A stretch of 32,000 nucleotides of DNA from Thermoproteus tenax Kra 1. Its GTDB lineage: Archaea; Thermoproteota; Thermoprotei; Thermoproteales; Thermoproteaceae. Position numbers and translations under genes: made by a program. The stretch lies in the NCBI RefSeq assembly GCF_000253055.1, contig NC_016070.1, positions 390,001 through 422,000 on the forward strand, read 5' to 3'. This document shows, one piece after another, positions 8,044-16,349 of this stretch (its first letter is position 1; each line of letters starts with the position of its first letter). The notes below the pieces were generated by a model, which had not been told where the DNA came from, made no database searches, and saw only the letters and a program-made list of their open reading frames with translations.

Positions 8044-10416
8044 TTAGGCCCTACGCAGACTCAACGCGTTCAACGTAACCGAGATGCTGCTCAGAGCCAT
8101 CGCGAGGCCTGCCAGCTCCGGTCTCAAAACCACGGGGTATAGGGCGCCCGCAGCCACTGGAATAAGGACTATGTTATATATAAAGGCCCAAATAATATTA
8201 AATTTTATATTTTTAACAATTTTTTGAGACAATTTGAATACTTCTATTATTTTATCTACGCCTCCCCTCAGAAGTATTATATCCCCTGACTCCTTCGCTA
8301 CGTCAGTTCCTGTGCCGACCGCTATTCCCACGTCGGCTACTGCTAGGGCCACTGCGTCGTTTACGCCGTCTCCCACGAAGGCAACTGCCCCTCTCTGCCT
8401 CAGCCGCTCGACCACCTTGGCCTTCCCCTCAGGGTCGAGATCGGCGTAGACTTCGTCTATGCCCAAGGCGCGCGCGACCGCCCGCGCTGGCCTCTCGCGA
8501 TCTCCGGTGATTATCACCGGCTCTATGCCGCGGCTCTTCAGCCACCTCACGGCGTCGGGCGCCTCTTGGCGTATGTAGTCGCCCACGGCGATAGCGCCTC
8601 TCACCTCGTTCTCCACTACTACATAGACTGTAGTGTATCCCCTCTCGCCCATCTCCTCCGACCACCTCTTGATGCTCTCGGGGAGGGCTGCCGCCATGCC
8701 GGCGACTATCCTCTCGTTTCCCACGGCGACAGCCTTGCCGCGCACTCTGCCGTAGACGCCGGCTCCAGGTATAGTGTCGAAGAGCTCTGGCTCAGACAGC
8801 TCGAGCCTCCTCTCTCTGGCGTACTCCACTATGGCTGCTCCTATGGGATGCTCCGATTTGTTCTCCACGGACGCTGCCAGGGCAAGCGCCTCATCGTCGC
8901 CGAGGGCAGCTACCACCTTGGGCCTCCCCACAGTGAGGGTCCCCGTCTTGTCGAAGCCGACTATGCGGGCCTCCAAGAGCCTCTGCAACGCCTCGGGCCT
9001 CCTTATGAGCACGCCCTTCTCCGCCGCCCTCCCCACTCCGACTACCACAGACAACGGAGTGGCCAGCCCCAAGGCGCATGGACACGCTACGACTAACACA
9101 GATGCTGCAAACATCAACGCCTTGCTGACGTCGGCAGTCGCCAGATACCATCCGGCGAAGGTCAGAGCTGCGGCCGCAACGACGACCCAGGCGAAGGCGC
9201 CGGCAACCCTGTCCACAAAATATTGCACGGGCAACTTGGCGCCCTGGGCAGTCCTCACGAGCTTCACTATCTGCGATAGGAGCGTGTGTCTCCCGCTTCT
9301 GGTGGTCCTCACGGCTAGGTAGCCCTTGGTCAGAAGAGAGCCCGCCAAGACTACGTCGCCCTTCCTCTTCTCGGCCGGCATAGGCTCGCCCGTGAAGGCC
9401 GACTCGTCCACGAGGCCTGCGCCGTCCTCGACTATGCCGTCTACGGGCACTTTCTCGCCCTGTTTGACCACTACGATCTGGCCCGGCCTCACTTGGGCGG
9501 CCGGCACCTCTCCGCCGTCAATGAGCCTCGCCCTCTCGGGCTGGAGCTGCGCCAGCCTCCTCACAGCCTCGCCAGTCTTGATCCTCATATTGGCCTCTAT
9601 ATACCTCCCCAACAGCACCAAGGTTATCACGGTAGTGGATGCCTCGAAGTAGACCGGGCCGCCGCCCATCAACGAATAGAGGCTGTAGAGATAAGTTGAG
9701 AGCGTGCCTAGGGCGACCAGAGTGTCCATGTTAGCAGTTCTGTTCTTGAGGGCTCTGTAGGCCCCCTTTATGAACCTAAGACCGGAATAGAACTGGACGG
9801 GCGTAGCTAGCGCCAGCCCGAGCCAGGCAGACGCAGTTGGGAGCCTCAGGCCGGCGGCGGAGAGCGCCATCATGGCCAAGAGGGCCGCGGCGGGGCCCGC
9901 TGCGACGAGCAGCCGCCTCCTCAGATCGGCTCTGTCAAGCTCAACTACCCTTCTGTCTACATCGAAGTCTACCTCGCCCGTCTTAACCTCCAGAACCTCG
10001 TAGCCTGCCTCGTCGAGCCTCTTGGCCAGATCCTCTGGCGCTATCTCCAAGGGGTTGAACTCTACGGCGACAGTCCTGGAGGTCGGATTTACCCTTACGT
10101 TGAAGATGCCCCACGTCGATAGCAGCTCCTCAATATGCCGCGCCTCCTCGGGCTCCATGGCCTTCAAGACCAAGTGTGCCTCCTCTCTGTATACATCGTA
10201 GCCGGCCCTCCTCACAGCCTTCAGCAGATCGCCGTAGTTGAGCTTGGAGGGATCAGCCACAATCTTGGCCTCGTCGCCCGCTAGTGAGGCCTCGGCGTGT
10301 AGGACTCCCGGCACGGACAAAAGCGCCTTCTGTACAGTAAGAGTACACGTGGCGCAGTGCATGCCGATTATCTTCAGAGTGGACTCTCTGCCGCGCTCAA
10401 ACTTGAGTCTGATCAC
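8044..10416 (-). CDS. copA: Heavy-metal (Cu+-type) translocating P-type ATPase
   Basis: N-terminal HMA domain (GMHCATC), FTGEPMP, CPC motif (VVACPCALGLATP), FDKTGTLT, ENKSEHPIG (SEHP loop), GDGVNDAVALA. Confidence 0.95.
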   Translation of the reverse strand: MIRLKFERGRESTLKIIGMHCATCTLTVQKALLSVPGVLHAEASLAGDEAKIVADPSKLNYGDLLKAVRRAGYDVYREEAHLVLKAMEPEEARHIEELLSTWGIFNVRVNPTSRTVAVEFNPLEIAPEDLAKRLDEAGYEVLEVKTGEVDFDVDRRVVELDRADLRRRLLVAAGPAAALLAMMALSAAGLRLPTASAWLGLALATPVQFYSGLRFIKGAYRALKNRTANMDTLVALGTLSTYLYSLYSLMGGGPVYFEASTTVITLVLLGRYIEANMRIKTGEAVRRLAQLQPERARLIDGGEVPAAQVRPGQIVVVKQGEKVPVDGIVEDGAGLVDESAFTGEPMPAEKRKGDVVLAGSLLTKGYLAVRTTRSGRHTLLSQIVKLVRTAQGAKLPVQYFVDRVAGAFAWVVVAAAALTFAGWYLATADVSKALMFAASVLVVACPCALGLATPLSVVVGVGRAAEKGVLIRRPEALQRLLEARIVGFDKTGTLTVGRPKVVAALGDDEALALAASVENKSEHPIGAAIVEYARERRLELSEPELFDTIPGAGVYGRVRGKAVAVGNERIVAGMAAALPESIKRWSEEMGERGYTTVYVVVENEVRGAIAVGDYIRQEAPDAVRWLKSRGIEPVIITGDRERPARAVARALGIDEVYADLDPEGKAKVVERLRQRGAVAFVGDGVNDAVALAVADVGIAVGTGTDVAKESGDIILLRGGVDKIIEVFKLSQKIVKNIKFNIIWAFIYNIVLIPVAAGALYPVVLRPELAGLAMALSSISVTLNALSLRRA

Positions 10417-10469
10417 GCCCCTCCAGACTTTCCACGTAAAAAGATTAAAAGGAGAGCGCTGGCTGTGCC

Positions 10470-10649
10470 ATGCGCGCTGAGGAGATAGACCCTGTGTGCG
10501 GCATGAGGGTGGACCCCAAGACCTCTAAATACAAGGTTTTGTACAAGGGGAAGATCTACTACTTCTGCTCCGAGGCTTGCAAGTCCGAGTTCGAGAAAAA
10601 CGCCGAGTTCTACCTGGCCCACGGGCCGCAGGGCATGCCCCATAGATAG
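10470..10649 (+). CDS. Small YHS-domain metal-binding protein (59 aa), absent from the ORF track
   Basis: Translated by hand: MRAEEIDPVCGMRVDPKTSKYKVLYKGKIYYFCSEACKSEFEKNAEFYLAHGPQGMPHR, the canonical DPVCGM...YFCSEAC YHS signature. Divergent from copA. Confidence 0.88.
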   Translation: MRAEEIDPVCGMRVDPKTSKYKVLYKGKIYYFCSEACKSEFEKNAEFYLAHGPQGMPHR

Positions 10650-11156
10650 CTATTGCTCCGAGACTTCGTACCTTCTAATGACCTCCTTTTCCCGCTCCGA
10701 GATCTTGTGAGCCGCGTACTTCTCCTTGACCACGGAGCCGCCTATGTTCCTCGCTCTATAAAACGCCACTTCGTCGGGCGTCTCCCTCACTCCGTATCTC
10801 ACCTCTACGTCGAAGGCCGCGCCCTCCAACTCGTCCAACGCGAAGTACACTGGAGTGTGTAGGACGGCCAAAGCGCCGGCGGCCCTCCTCAAGATATCCA
10901 GCGCCCTCTCGGCTAAGCCCTCCCGGAGGGGTCCCATTATGAGCACGGGGTTCTCCACAGCGTCCAGAGCCTCTCCGTATGCGACGGCGATGGGCCTTGC
11001 CCCTCTGGCCTCGGCCAGAGCTATTATCGCTGATGCCATGGCAATGCAACTGGGCGTCTCGTCGTAGACCACTGTGAACTTGTCCACGTCTTTCAACATA
11101 TATTTGTCGTACCATTGGGCCAACAATGCCCTATACTCGAGTTCAGCTCCTTCCAT
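10650..11156 (-). CDS. Conserved-looking hypothetical protein (168 aa)
   Basis: Good-quality alpha/beta ORF filling the space. Its stop abuts the YHS stop (10649/10650). Confidence 0.6.
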   Translation of the reverse strand: MEGAELEYRALLAQWYDKYMLKDVDKFTVVYDETPSCIAMASAIIALAEARGARPIAVAYGEALDAVENPVLIMGPLREGLAERALDILRRAAGALAVLHTPVYFALDELEGAAFDVEVRYGVRETPDEVAFYRARNIGGSVVKEKYAAHKISEREKEVIRRYEVSEQ

Positions 11157-11219
11157 AAATCATCCAAAATTTGACCTTAAAAATTAAAAATAGTGAATTT
11201 TAGAAAACCTCAAGCCCTA

Positions 11220-11279
11220 TTAAGGCTTTTTCTCGGCCTTTTTCTTCTCCTTCTCAACCTTCTCTGGAGGCGCACACAT
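11220..11279 (-). CDS. Putative 19-aa micropeptide MCAPPEKVEKEKKKAEKKP
   Basis: Short ORF with GTTTATATAT (11301-11310) about 30 nt upstream of its ATG, in the leaderless arrangement seen at neighbouring genes. Confidence 0.35.
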   Translation of the reverse strand: MCAPPEKVEKEKKKAEKKP

Positions 11280-11300
11280 GAGGATGGAATAAAAGCTACC

Positions 11301-11310
11301 ATATATAAAC
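11301..11310 (-). promoter_or_regulatory. TATA box upstream of the putative micropeptide or an ncRNA
   Basis: Minus-strand sequence GCAAAATGTTTATATATGG. No tracked ORF uses this promoter. Confidence 0.5.
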
Positions 11311-11432
11311 ATTTTGCTATATGTTTTTATTGCAGTCTAAATTTTTGTATAAAATTACTTATTTTTCTTACACTATTATTCTTATTCTTTAATTTAATCT
11401 CAATATTATAATAATATTTTTTATTTAATTAA

Positions 11433-12113
11433 TTAATTTTCATCGTATATATTTTTTATATATTTTCCATGCCACCAGTGGTATATCACTTGGCCGTAGG
11501 GGCTGACGCTTATCATTTGCATATCGCCGTCCGGCGTCTTGAAGTGGAACGTATAATATCCTCTGAAGGGATAGGCTTCGGTTATAACCGACCCTGGAAA
11601 GTTGTGCGACAGCCATTCCTCTGCTATCCTCTCTGCGACCGCCTCGTTGCCGGGGTCTCTAAAGCGCCACATCATAGATTGAGGCTCGGGATGGACTACG
11701 CCATTAGGGTAGACCAGTAGCTCTTCGATTCCTATATTCTGTCTTTTATCCCAGATTACTACATAATAGTTATTTGAATATTTTTCTATTAATTTGATTT
11801 CTGCAGAAGGATAATATTTTTGTATATAAACTAAATAATGATTCACATAGTTTAAAATATTGTCATCGTTAACATATGTAGCATTGCCGCTATACAGTCC
11901 AGAGGCCATGGGACAGGCCGTGGGAAATACTGAACGGCCTTGGGCGTTGTTCAAAGGGACCCAGACGGAGGGCGTGGTCCACATCTCTATGAATATCCAT
12001 GCCGATATTCCCCCTATGGCTATTATTAGCGCCAGCGCTGTTGCCAGTAGCTTGTCCATACGTGCTGATTTCACCCGCTTAGATAAAGATTTAGTGAAAA
12101 AAGACGACTTCAC
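11433..12113 (-). CDS. Membrane-anchored or secreted protein of unknown function
   Basis: N-terminal hydrophobic segment (LLATALALIIAIGGISAWIFI) followed by a soluble domain, weakly PepSY-like by eye. Start uncertain: GTG 12113, or ATG 12059 with TTTATCTAA about 28 nt upstream. Confidence 0.65.
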   Translation of the reverse strand: MKSSFFTKSLSKRVKSARMDKLLATALALIIAIGGISAWIFIEMWTTPSVWVPLNNAQGRSVFPTACPMASGLYSGNATYVNDDNILNYVNHYLVYIQKYYPSAEIKLIEKYSNNYYVVIWDKRQNIGIEELLVYPNGVVHPEPQSMMWRFRDPGNEAVAERIAEEWLSHNFPGSVITEAYPFRGYYTFHFKTPDGDMQMISVSPYGQVIYHWWHGKYIKNIYDEN

Positions 12114-12171
12114 GGTTTCATCTAGGTGAAACTTATCGTAAACTCTTTATTAATCCTCTTCAATTTCGGCA

Positions 12172-12615
12172 GTGAAGAGGACAGAGATATACGCGCTAGT
12201 CCTCTCCATGGTGCTCTCATTCGCTACTGCGTTTCTAATAGATCTCTATCACGTCGAATATATGAGATATATGATGCCAACGGCTCCCTTCCCTACTCCC
12301 TTATTCTTTATCTCGTGGCTCATCCTAGCCACGCTATTTATGATAGTCGGGCTCTGGCTCACAAGAGACACGACTAAGTCCGAAGAGGTGAATATAGAGG
12401 TGGTCAGACGGTTGCTCCCCGATCTGGAGAGGAAGGTTCTTGACTATATAATTAAAAACGGCGGCGAGGTGAGCCAGTCCGACATAGCTAGGTCGCTGAA
12501 GTTGAACAAGGTTAGAACGTGGAGAGTTGTACAAAGGTTGCAACAGAAGGGATTAATAGAAGTTTATAAAGCCAAAGGAAGAAATATTGTTAGAATAAAA
12601 ATTAAAGAAAATTGA
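12172..12615 (+). CDS. Membrane-tethered winged-helix transcriptional regulator
   Basis: Two N-terminal hydrophobic helices (IYALVLSMVLSFATAFLI; LFFISWLILATLFMIVGLWL) then wHTH (LERKVLDYIIKNGGEVSQSDIARSLKLNKVRTWRVVQRLQQKGLIEVYKAKGRNIVRI). Confidence 0.8.
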   Translation: MKRTEIYALVLSMVLSFATAFLIDLYHVEYMRYMMPTAPFPTPLFFISWLILATLFMIVGLWLTRDTTKSEEVNIEVVRRLLPDLERKVLDYIIKNGGEVSQSDIARSLKLNKVRTWRVVQRLQQKGLIEVYKAKGRNIVRIKIKEN

Positions 12616-12621
12616 TATTAT

Positions 12622-13200
12622 TTATTGACGTTTTGCAATAATATGTAATATACCGGGCGCCGTTATAACCTCTTGGACCTTGTACTCAAATTCCTCCAGC
12701 AGACACCTCGCGGCGGCCGCGTTGGCCTCGACAGACTCCAGGCTGTATCCTATCCCCACTATATCTATCTGGACTTCGTCTTGTTGTATCTTCACGTCGA
12801 ACTTCTTGGCCGGCACTATCTTGGCCAGATAGGGGACGAAGCTTTTGACGGCCTCTAGATCGCGGAACACCGCCTTTATGTAGCCCGCCAACATCTTGCC
12901 TGCATCGCACCACACCTTGAGGATAGTCTCTTTGTCAACCCTATAGACGTCGCTTATCAGTTTGTCCAGAACTCTTCCAGGTATCGGCACTATCTCGAGC
13001 TCCATCATTATTCTGTAGAAATACGCGAGCTCCCTCACTTGGGCGGGGCTGTAGCCGGATTTGATGAGCTCCAGGCCCAGCCTTAACAGCTCGTTGGCTA
13101 ACGCGTACTGAGTCATGCCGGACGAGTCAGCCACATTGGCCAACTCCTCTGCGACGTCCCTAGCTACTGCCAGACTGACTCTGTCTTTTCTAGTGCTCAT
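12622..13200 (-). CDS. Uncharacterised protein with possible N-terminal ribbon-helix-helix/HTH segment
   Basis: DRVSLAVARDVAEELANVADSSGMTQYALANELLRLGLELI resembles an RHH region. The C-terminal ~140 aa is unassigned. Confidence 0.6.
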   Translation of the reverse strand: MSTRKDRVSLAVARDVAEELANVADSSGMTQYALANELLRLGLELIKSGYSPAQVRELAYFYRIMMELEIVPIPGRVLDKLISDVYRVDKETILKVWCDAGKMLAGYIKAVFRDLEAVKSFVPYLAKIVPAKKFDVKIQQDEVQIDIVGIGYSLESVEANAAAARCLLEEFEYKVQEVITAPGILHIIAKRQ

Positions 13201-13275
13201 ACATCAAATTATCTACAGGTGTATATATTCATAACAGCCGTAATGGGCCCTATATGTAACGATAGACAGGCCCGC

Positions 13276-13704
13276 CTAGAACGCAATTAGTCTTCCATCG
13301 GCGACCTCCTCCAGGAATGTGTACATAGATGTCACGCGCTCCACGAGGCCCGCCGTCTTGAACTCCTCCTCCCCCACGCCGAAGATCCTCGCGGCGGTCT
13401 CACAGGCAATGACCCTGGCCCCCAACGCCTTGGCGGACTCAAAGAGCTCTCTCCAAGTCACTCGTAGCTCCCTCATCTTAGCGGCCTCGGGCGAATCCGG
13501 CTCGGTTGCCCTTCCAGCGAATGCTAACACGGCTCTGCCTGTCACAAACACCACGACCTCGTTGCCCCTAGCGACCTCAGTGGCCACATAGGTGCCTGCG
13601 ACGTAGAGATCGATTGGATCGTCCGAAGACAAGATAACTCCCACCTTCATGCTACGAGCTTCCGGCGGCTCCTCTAGCTTGCGACGGGCGTCTTCCAGGC
13701 CCAT
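13276..13704 (-). CDS. DsrE/F-like family protein
   Basis: MKVGVILSSDDPIDLYVAGTYVATEVARGNEVVVFVTGRAVLAFAG...ALGARVIACETAARIFGV is the DsrE-like fold pattern with central Cys. The 17-residue N-terminal extension may not be real. Confidence 0.75.
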   Translation of the reverse strand: MGLEDARRKLEEPPEARSMKVGVILSSDDPIDLYVAGTYVATEVARGNEVVVFVTGRAVLAFAGRATEPDSPEAAKMRELRVTWRELFESAKALGARVIACETAARIFGVGEEEFKTAGLVERVTSMYTFLEEVADGRLIAF

Positions 13705-13816
13705 CAGCCCCTAATGGGACATCGCTATTAGTATCTTGGGTATAGTGCAAATTTTGAACATATTATTTTGTTCAAAATTATTTTAATTTAATTATAAATA
13801 AAAAAATTTTATAATT

Positions 13817-14020
13817 CTAATTTTTCATTAATTGTTTATAAATCCATATAAATATTAATATAAGGATTCCTACAAATAAGGCCATTATCAGTATCCCGAA
13901 TATTGCCCCGAAGAAACCCCAGGGGCCCCACCACCAGCCTCCTCCCCACCAACCGCACATCGGACATTGCGCCGCGGCTAAGACTGCAAGCGCCAACAGA
14001 GCCATCAACGCACGTCTCAT
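13817..14020 (-). CDS. Small Trp/Gly-rich membrane protein with signal-like N-terminus and CPMCG motif
   Basis: MRRALMALLALAVLAAAQCPMCGWWGGGWWWGPWGFFGAIFGILIMALFVGILILIFIWIYKQLMKN. TTTATA lies about 25 nt upstream of ATG 14020, favouring it over the tracked TTG 14038. Confidence 0.65.
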   Translation of the reverse strand: MRRALMALLALAVLAAAQCPMCGWWGGGWWWGPWGFFGAIFGILIMALFVGILILIFIWIYKQLMKN

Positions 14021-14124
14021 GGCTACGCTACTCTTCAACTATAAAAGCCTTTGCTGAAACCGCCGCCAAGCGTCGTCTCGTTCCTCTGAAACTTGCAACC
14101 GGACTAATGTGCTCCTTGGAGAAT

Positions 14125-14180
14125 AGACCGCCTCCCCACACTAAAGGATGGGGTTTGCCGTCTCCGACGTCATCACCGTT
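14125..14180 (-). mobile_element. Candidate IS200/IS605-type right-end (TnpB/omegaRNA-like hairpin) remnant
   Basis: Minus-strand AAACCCCATCCTTTAGTGTGGGGAGGCGGTC. CCCCAT pairs with GTGGGG around a CCTTTAGT loop, resembling the hairpin downstream of archaeal tnpB genes. No tnpB ORF is present. Confidence 0.45.
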
Positions 14181-14266
14181 GTTCTGTATAATATCGAATT
14201 AGTTTCTATTTCGTGCAGAAACTATTAACATTGTTAAAGCTTAAAAGGGTAGAACGAACTACCCCC

Positions 14267-15043
14267 ATGGTTGATAACTGGATACCTTTGATGTATGGTC
14301 TCATGGCTGGATTAACAGTGTTAATAGGAGCGTTCTCAGCGTCTGCAGCCAGATCTCGACTTAACAACGTCAGGCTTGGAGTACTACAAGGCGTGGCTGG
14401 AGGCATACTGGCGTATTTGGCGCTAGAGACTGGGCACGATGCCGAGGAGTACGTGGAGGGCTTGGCGAGACCTCAGACGCTTCACTTGTTTCTCCTCGCC
14501 GCCGCAGTGACCACAGCGGCATTTTTAACTACCTTCATTGTGCTTGCCGCCGTCGAGCAATTGAACAGACGGAGGGGGAAGTTTGGACTTTTTACAGGCC
14601 TTGTGGTCGCTATAGCGCTTGGCGTCCACAACATCGGCGAGGGGTTCGCGATTGCCTCGAGCCTTCTGGCAGGAGCTGTCACATCGGCGCTCACATACAC
14701 CATTGGATTCGCAATCCACAACGCAACAGAGGGCTTTGCAGTGGCCGGCCCGTTGTTGACAGGGCGCACCTCCGTCGGCCCAGCCCGTCTGTCAGCCTTG
14801 GCCGCGCTGGCCGGGCTCCCCACGCTAGCCGGCGTCGCCGTCTATTACACTGGCTTCTCCAACGGCCTCTTCTTGGCATTATTGAACGCAATCGCCAATG
14901 CGTCAATAGTCTACGCCATGGTCCATGTGAATATAGATGCACTGTCAAAACTGGGCGGGGTGGCCAGCATCAAGTTCTGGCTCTCTTTGACTGCGGGGAT
15001 CGTCGTCGCCATCGCCACAGAAAGCGTCCTGCTCCTTGCCTAA
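14267..15043 (+). CDS. ZIP-family divalent metal transporter
   Basis: ZIP signatures LGVHNIGEGFAIASSL and GFAIHNATEGFAVAGPL in a polytopic protein. Start revised to ATG 14267 because CTTAAAAG lies about 27 nt upstream; the tracked TTG is 14213. Confidence 0.88.
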   Translation: MVDNWIPLMYGLMAGLTVLIGAFSASAARSRLNNVRLGVLQGVAGGILAYLALETGHDAEEYVEGLARPQTLHLFLLAAAVTTAAFLTTFIVLAAVEQLNRRRGKFGLFTGLVVAIALGVHNIGEGFAIASSLLAGAVTSALTYTIGFAIHNATEGFAVAGPLLTGRTSVGPARLSALAALAGLPTLAGVAVYYTGFSNGLFLALLNAIANASIVYAMVHVNIDALSKLGGVASIKFWLSLTAGIVVAIATESVLLLA

Positions 15044-16080
15044 AAGAACGCGTCTAGCGACGACGTCCTAGATCTGCTGAGCGCCTTCCTCAGCCTCTCG
15101 AGCCCTTTCTCCACCCTCTCTCTGCTGAAGTCGTGCTCCTCAACCAAGATCCGGTACACTTCGGCCACGTCGGGCTCTCTGAACTCCACCCTGTAGTTGT
15201 CCGTCGCGGGCGGGCTCAGAAACATCCTCTTTATCTCCAGGGGATCCACGGGCCACTCCACGGCCTTCAACACTGTCCTCAATGCGTTCTCCAGAGAGCC
15301 GTGCTCTTGTATTATCTTCAACGCCCTCTGGGGGCCGACGCCGGGGACTCCGTCGGGGTTGTAGTCGGTGCCCAAGAGTATCGCCAAGTCGATCAACTGC
15401 TCTCTGGACTTCAGCTTGAGCGCCCTGAGCGCAGACTCAAGCTCTATCACCTCCGGCGGCACTTCCACATACTCCTCGCCGACTTTCCTCCGCGAGGAGA
15501 CAGCCAGGTTTCTGACCAACCTGGGTGCGCCGAAAAGCAGCGAGTCGTAGTCCTGGCTCCCGGCCCCCCAGGCCGACCCTTTGGCCGCCATATGGGCGGC
15601 CTGCGCCTCGCCCTCGCTCGGAGCCTGGACCCACGGGATCCCCATGGCCGTCAAGAGGGCCTTGGCGTCCTCGGCCATAGAGTCGGTGATGTAGACGACC
15701 CTTTTGGCGTACTTGGCGACCTCCTCGGTCTTCCCCTCGGCGGCGGCCTTCGCCATCTGCTCCCTGGCCTTCTCCTTGGCGGCCCTCCTGGCCTCGATCT
15801 CCCTTCTCTTGAGCTCGGGCGGCTTTCCGTCGAAGACGTAGACCGGCCTTATGCCTGCCTCCACCAAGTTTATGGTTCTATAGAAGAGCCCGTTGAGATG
15901 GCTGGTGACTCTGCCCCGAGAGTCCATAAGCGGAGTCCCGTCGGGCTGCCTAATGGACGCCAGAAATTGATAGAGCGCATTGTAGGCGTCGAGCGCTATG
16001 ACGCGCCCGGACAGCTGCTCGAGCTTGAGCTCTTTGCGCGCCTCTTTGGGTATAAGCTTGCCGAGCTCAGTTACTCCCAC
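15040..16080 (-). CDS. fen: Flap endonuclease 1 (XPG/Rad2 family)
   Basis: GRVIALDAYNALYQFLASIR, YVFDGKPPELKRRE, GIPWVQAPSEGEAQAAHMA, SQDYDSLLFGAPRLVRNLA, LGTDYNPDGVPGVGPQRAL. Confidence 0.95.
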   Translation of the reverse strand: MGVTELGKLIPKEARKELKLEQLSGRVIALDAYNALYQFLASIRQPDGTPLMDSRGRVTSHLNGLFYRTINLVEAGIRPVYVFDGKPPELKRREIEARRAAKEKAREQMAKAAAEGKTEEVAKYAKRVVYITDSMAEDAKALLTAMGIPWVQAPSEGEAQAAHMAAKGSAWGAGSQDYDSLLFGAPRLVRNLAVSSRRKVGEEYVEVPPEVIELESALRALKLKSREQLIDLAILLGTDYNPDGVPGVGPQRALKIIQEHGSLENALRTVLKAVEWPVDPLEIKRMFLSPPATDNYRVEFREPDVAEVYRILVEEHDFSRERVEKGLERLRKALSRSRTSSLDAFF

Positions 16081-16112
16081 AGCTTGATTGAGCTCAATAA
16101 AAATATATGCTG

Positions 16113-16349
16113 CTACTGCCTCCTAATTATTTGATAGACGTCCTTTCCGCCCTTCACGACCCTCTTCACGTATATCTTTCCGTGAAGCTCCAGGACCATG
16201 AGCGCCTTTCTGACGTCGGCCTCTGTAATGTCGGGCCTGGCCCTCTTCAGAAGCTCCATGATTTCGTCGGAGGTCACTACCTCCTGCTTCCTCAGCTTGT
16301 AGAAAGTCTCTATTACGTCTTGCACCAATGCGACCGCGAGGCCCTTCAT
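16113..16349 (-). CDS. Small winged-helix-like protein (78 aa)
   Basis: [46 protein letters not shown] is wHTH-like. Its start overlaps the upstream Cdc48 stop by 4 nt. Confidence 0.65.
   Translation of the reverse strand: MKGLAVALVQDVIETFYKLRKQEVVTSDEIMELLKRARPDITEADVRKALMVLELHGKIYVKRVVKGGKDVYQIIRRQ

Noticed and set aside
8566-9322. Plus-strand ORFs antisense to copA (176 aa, 182 aa)
   Set aside because: Conserved P-ATPase motifs occupy the minus strand continuously. The antisense ORFs have no domain pattern.
14110-14213. Minus-strand GTGATGA as a C/D-box sRNA C box
   Set aside because: No matching D box (CTGA) at suitable spacing before the hairpin. The TnpB-right-end interpretation fits the adjacent sequence better.
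15133-16134. 333-aa plus-strand ORF
   Set aside because: Antisense shadow of fen with no recognisable domain and atypical composition.
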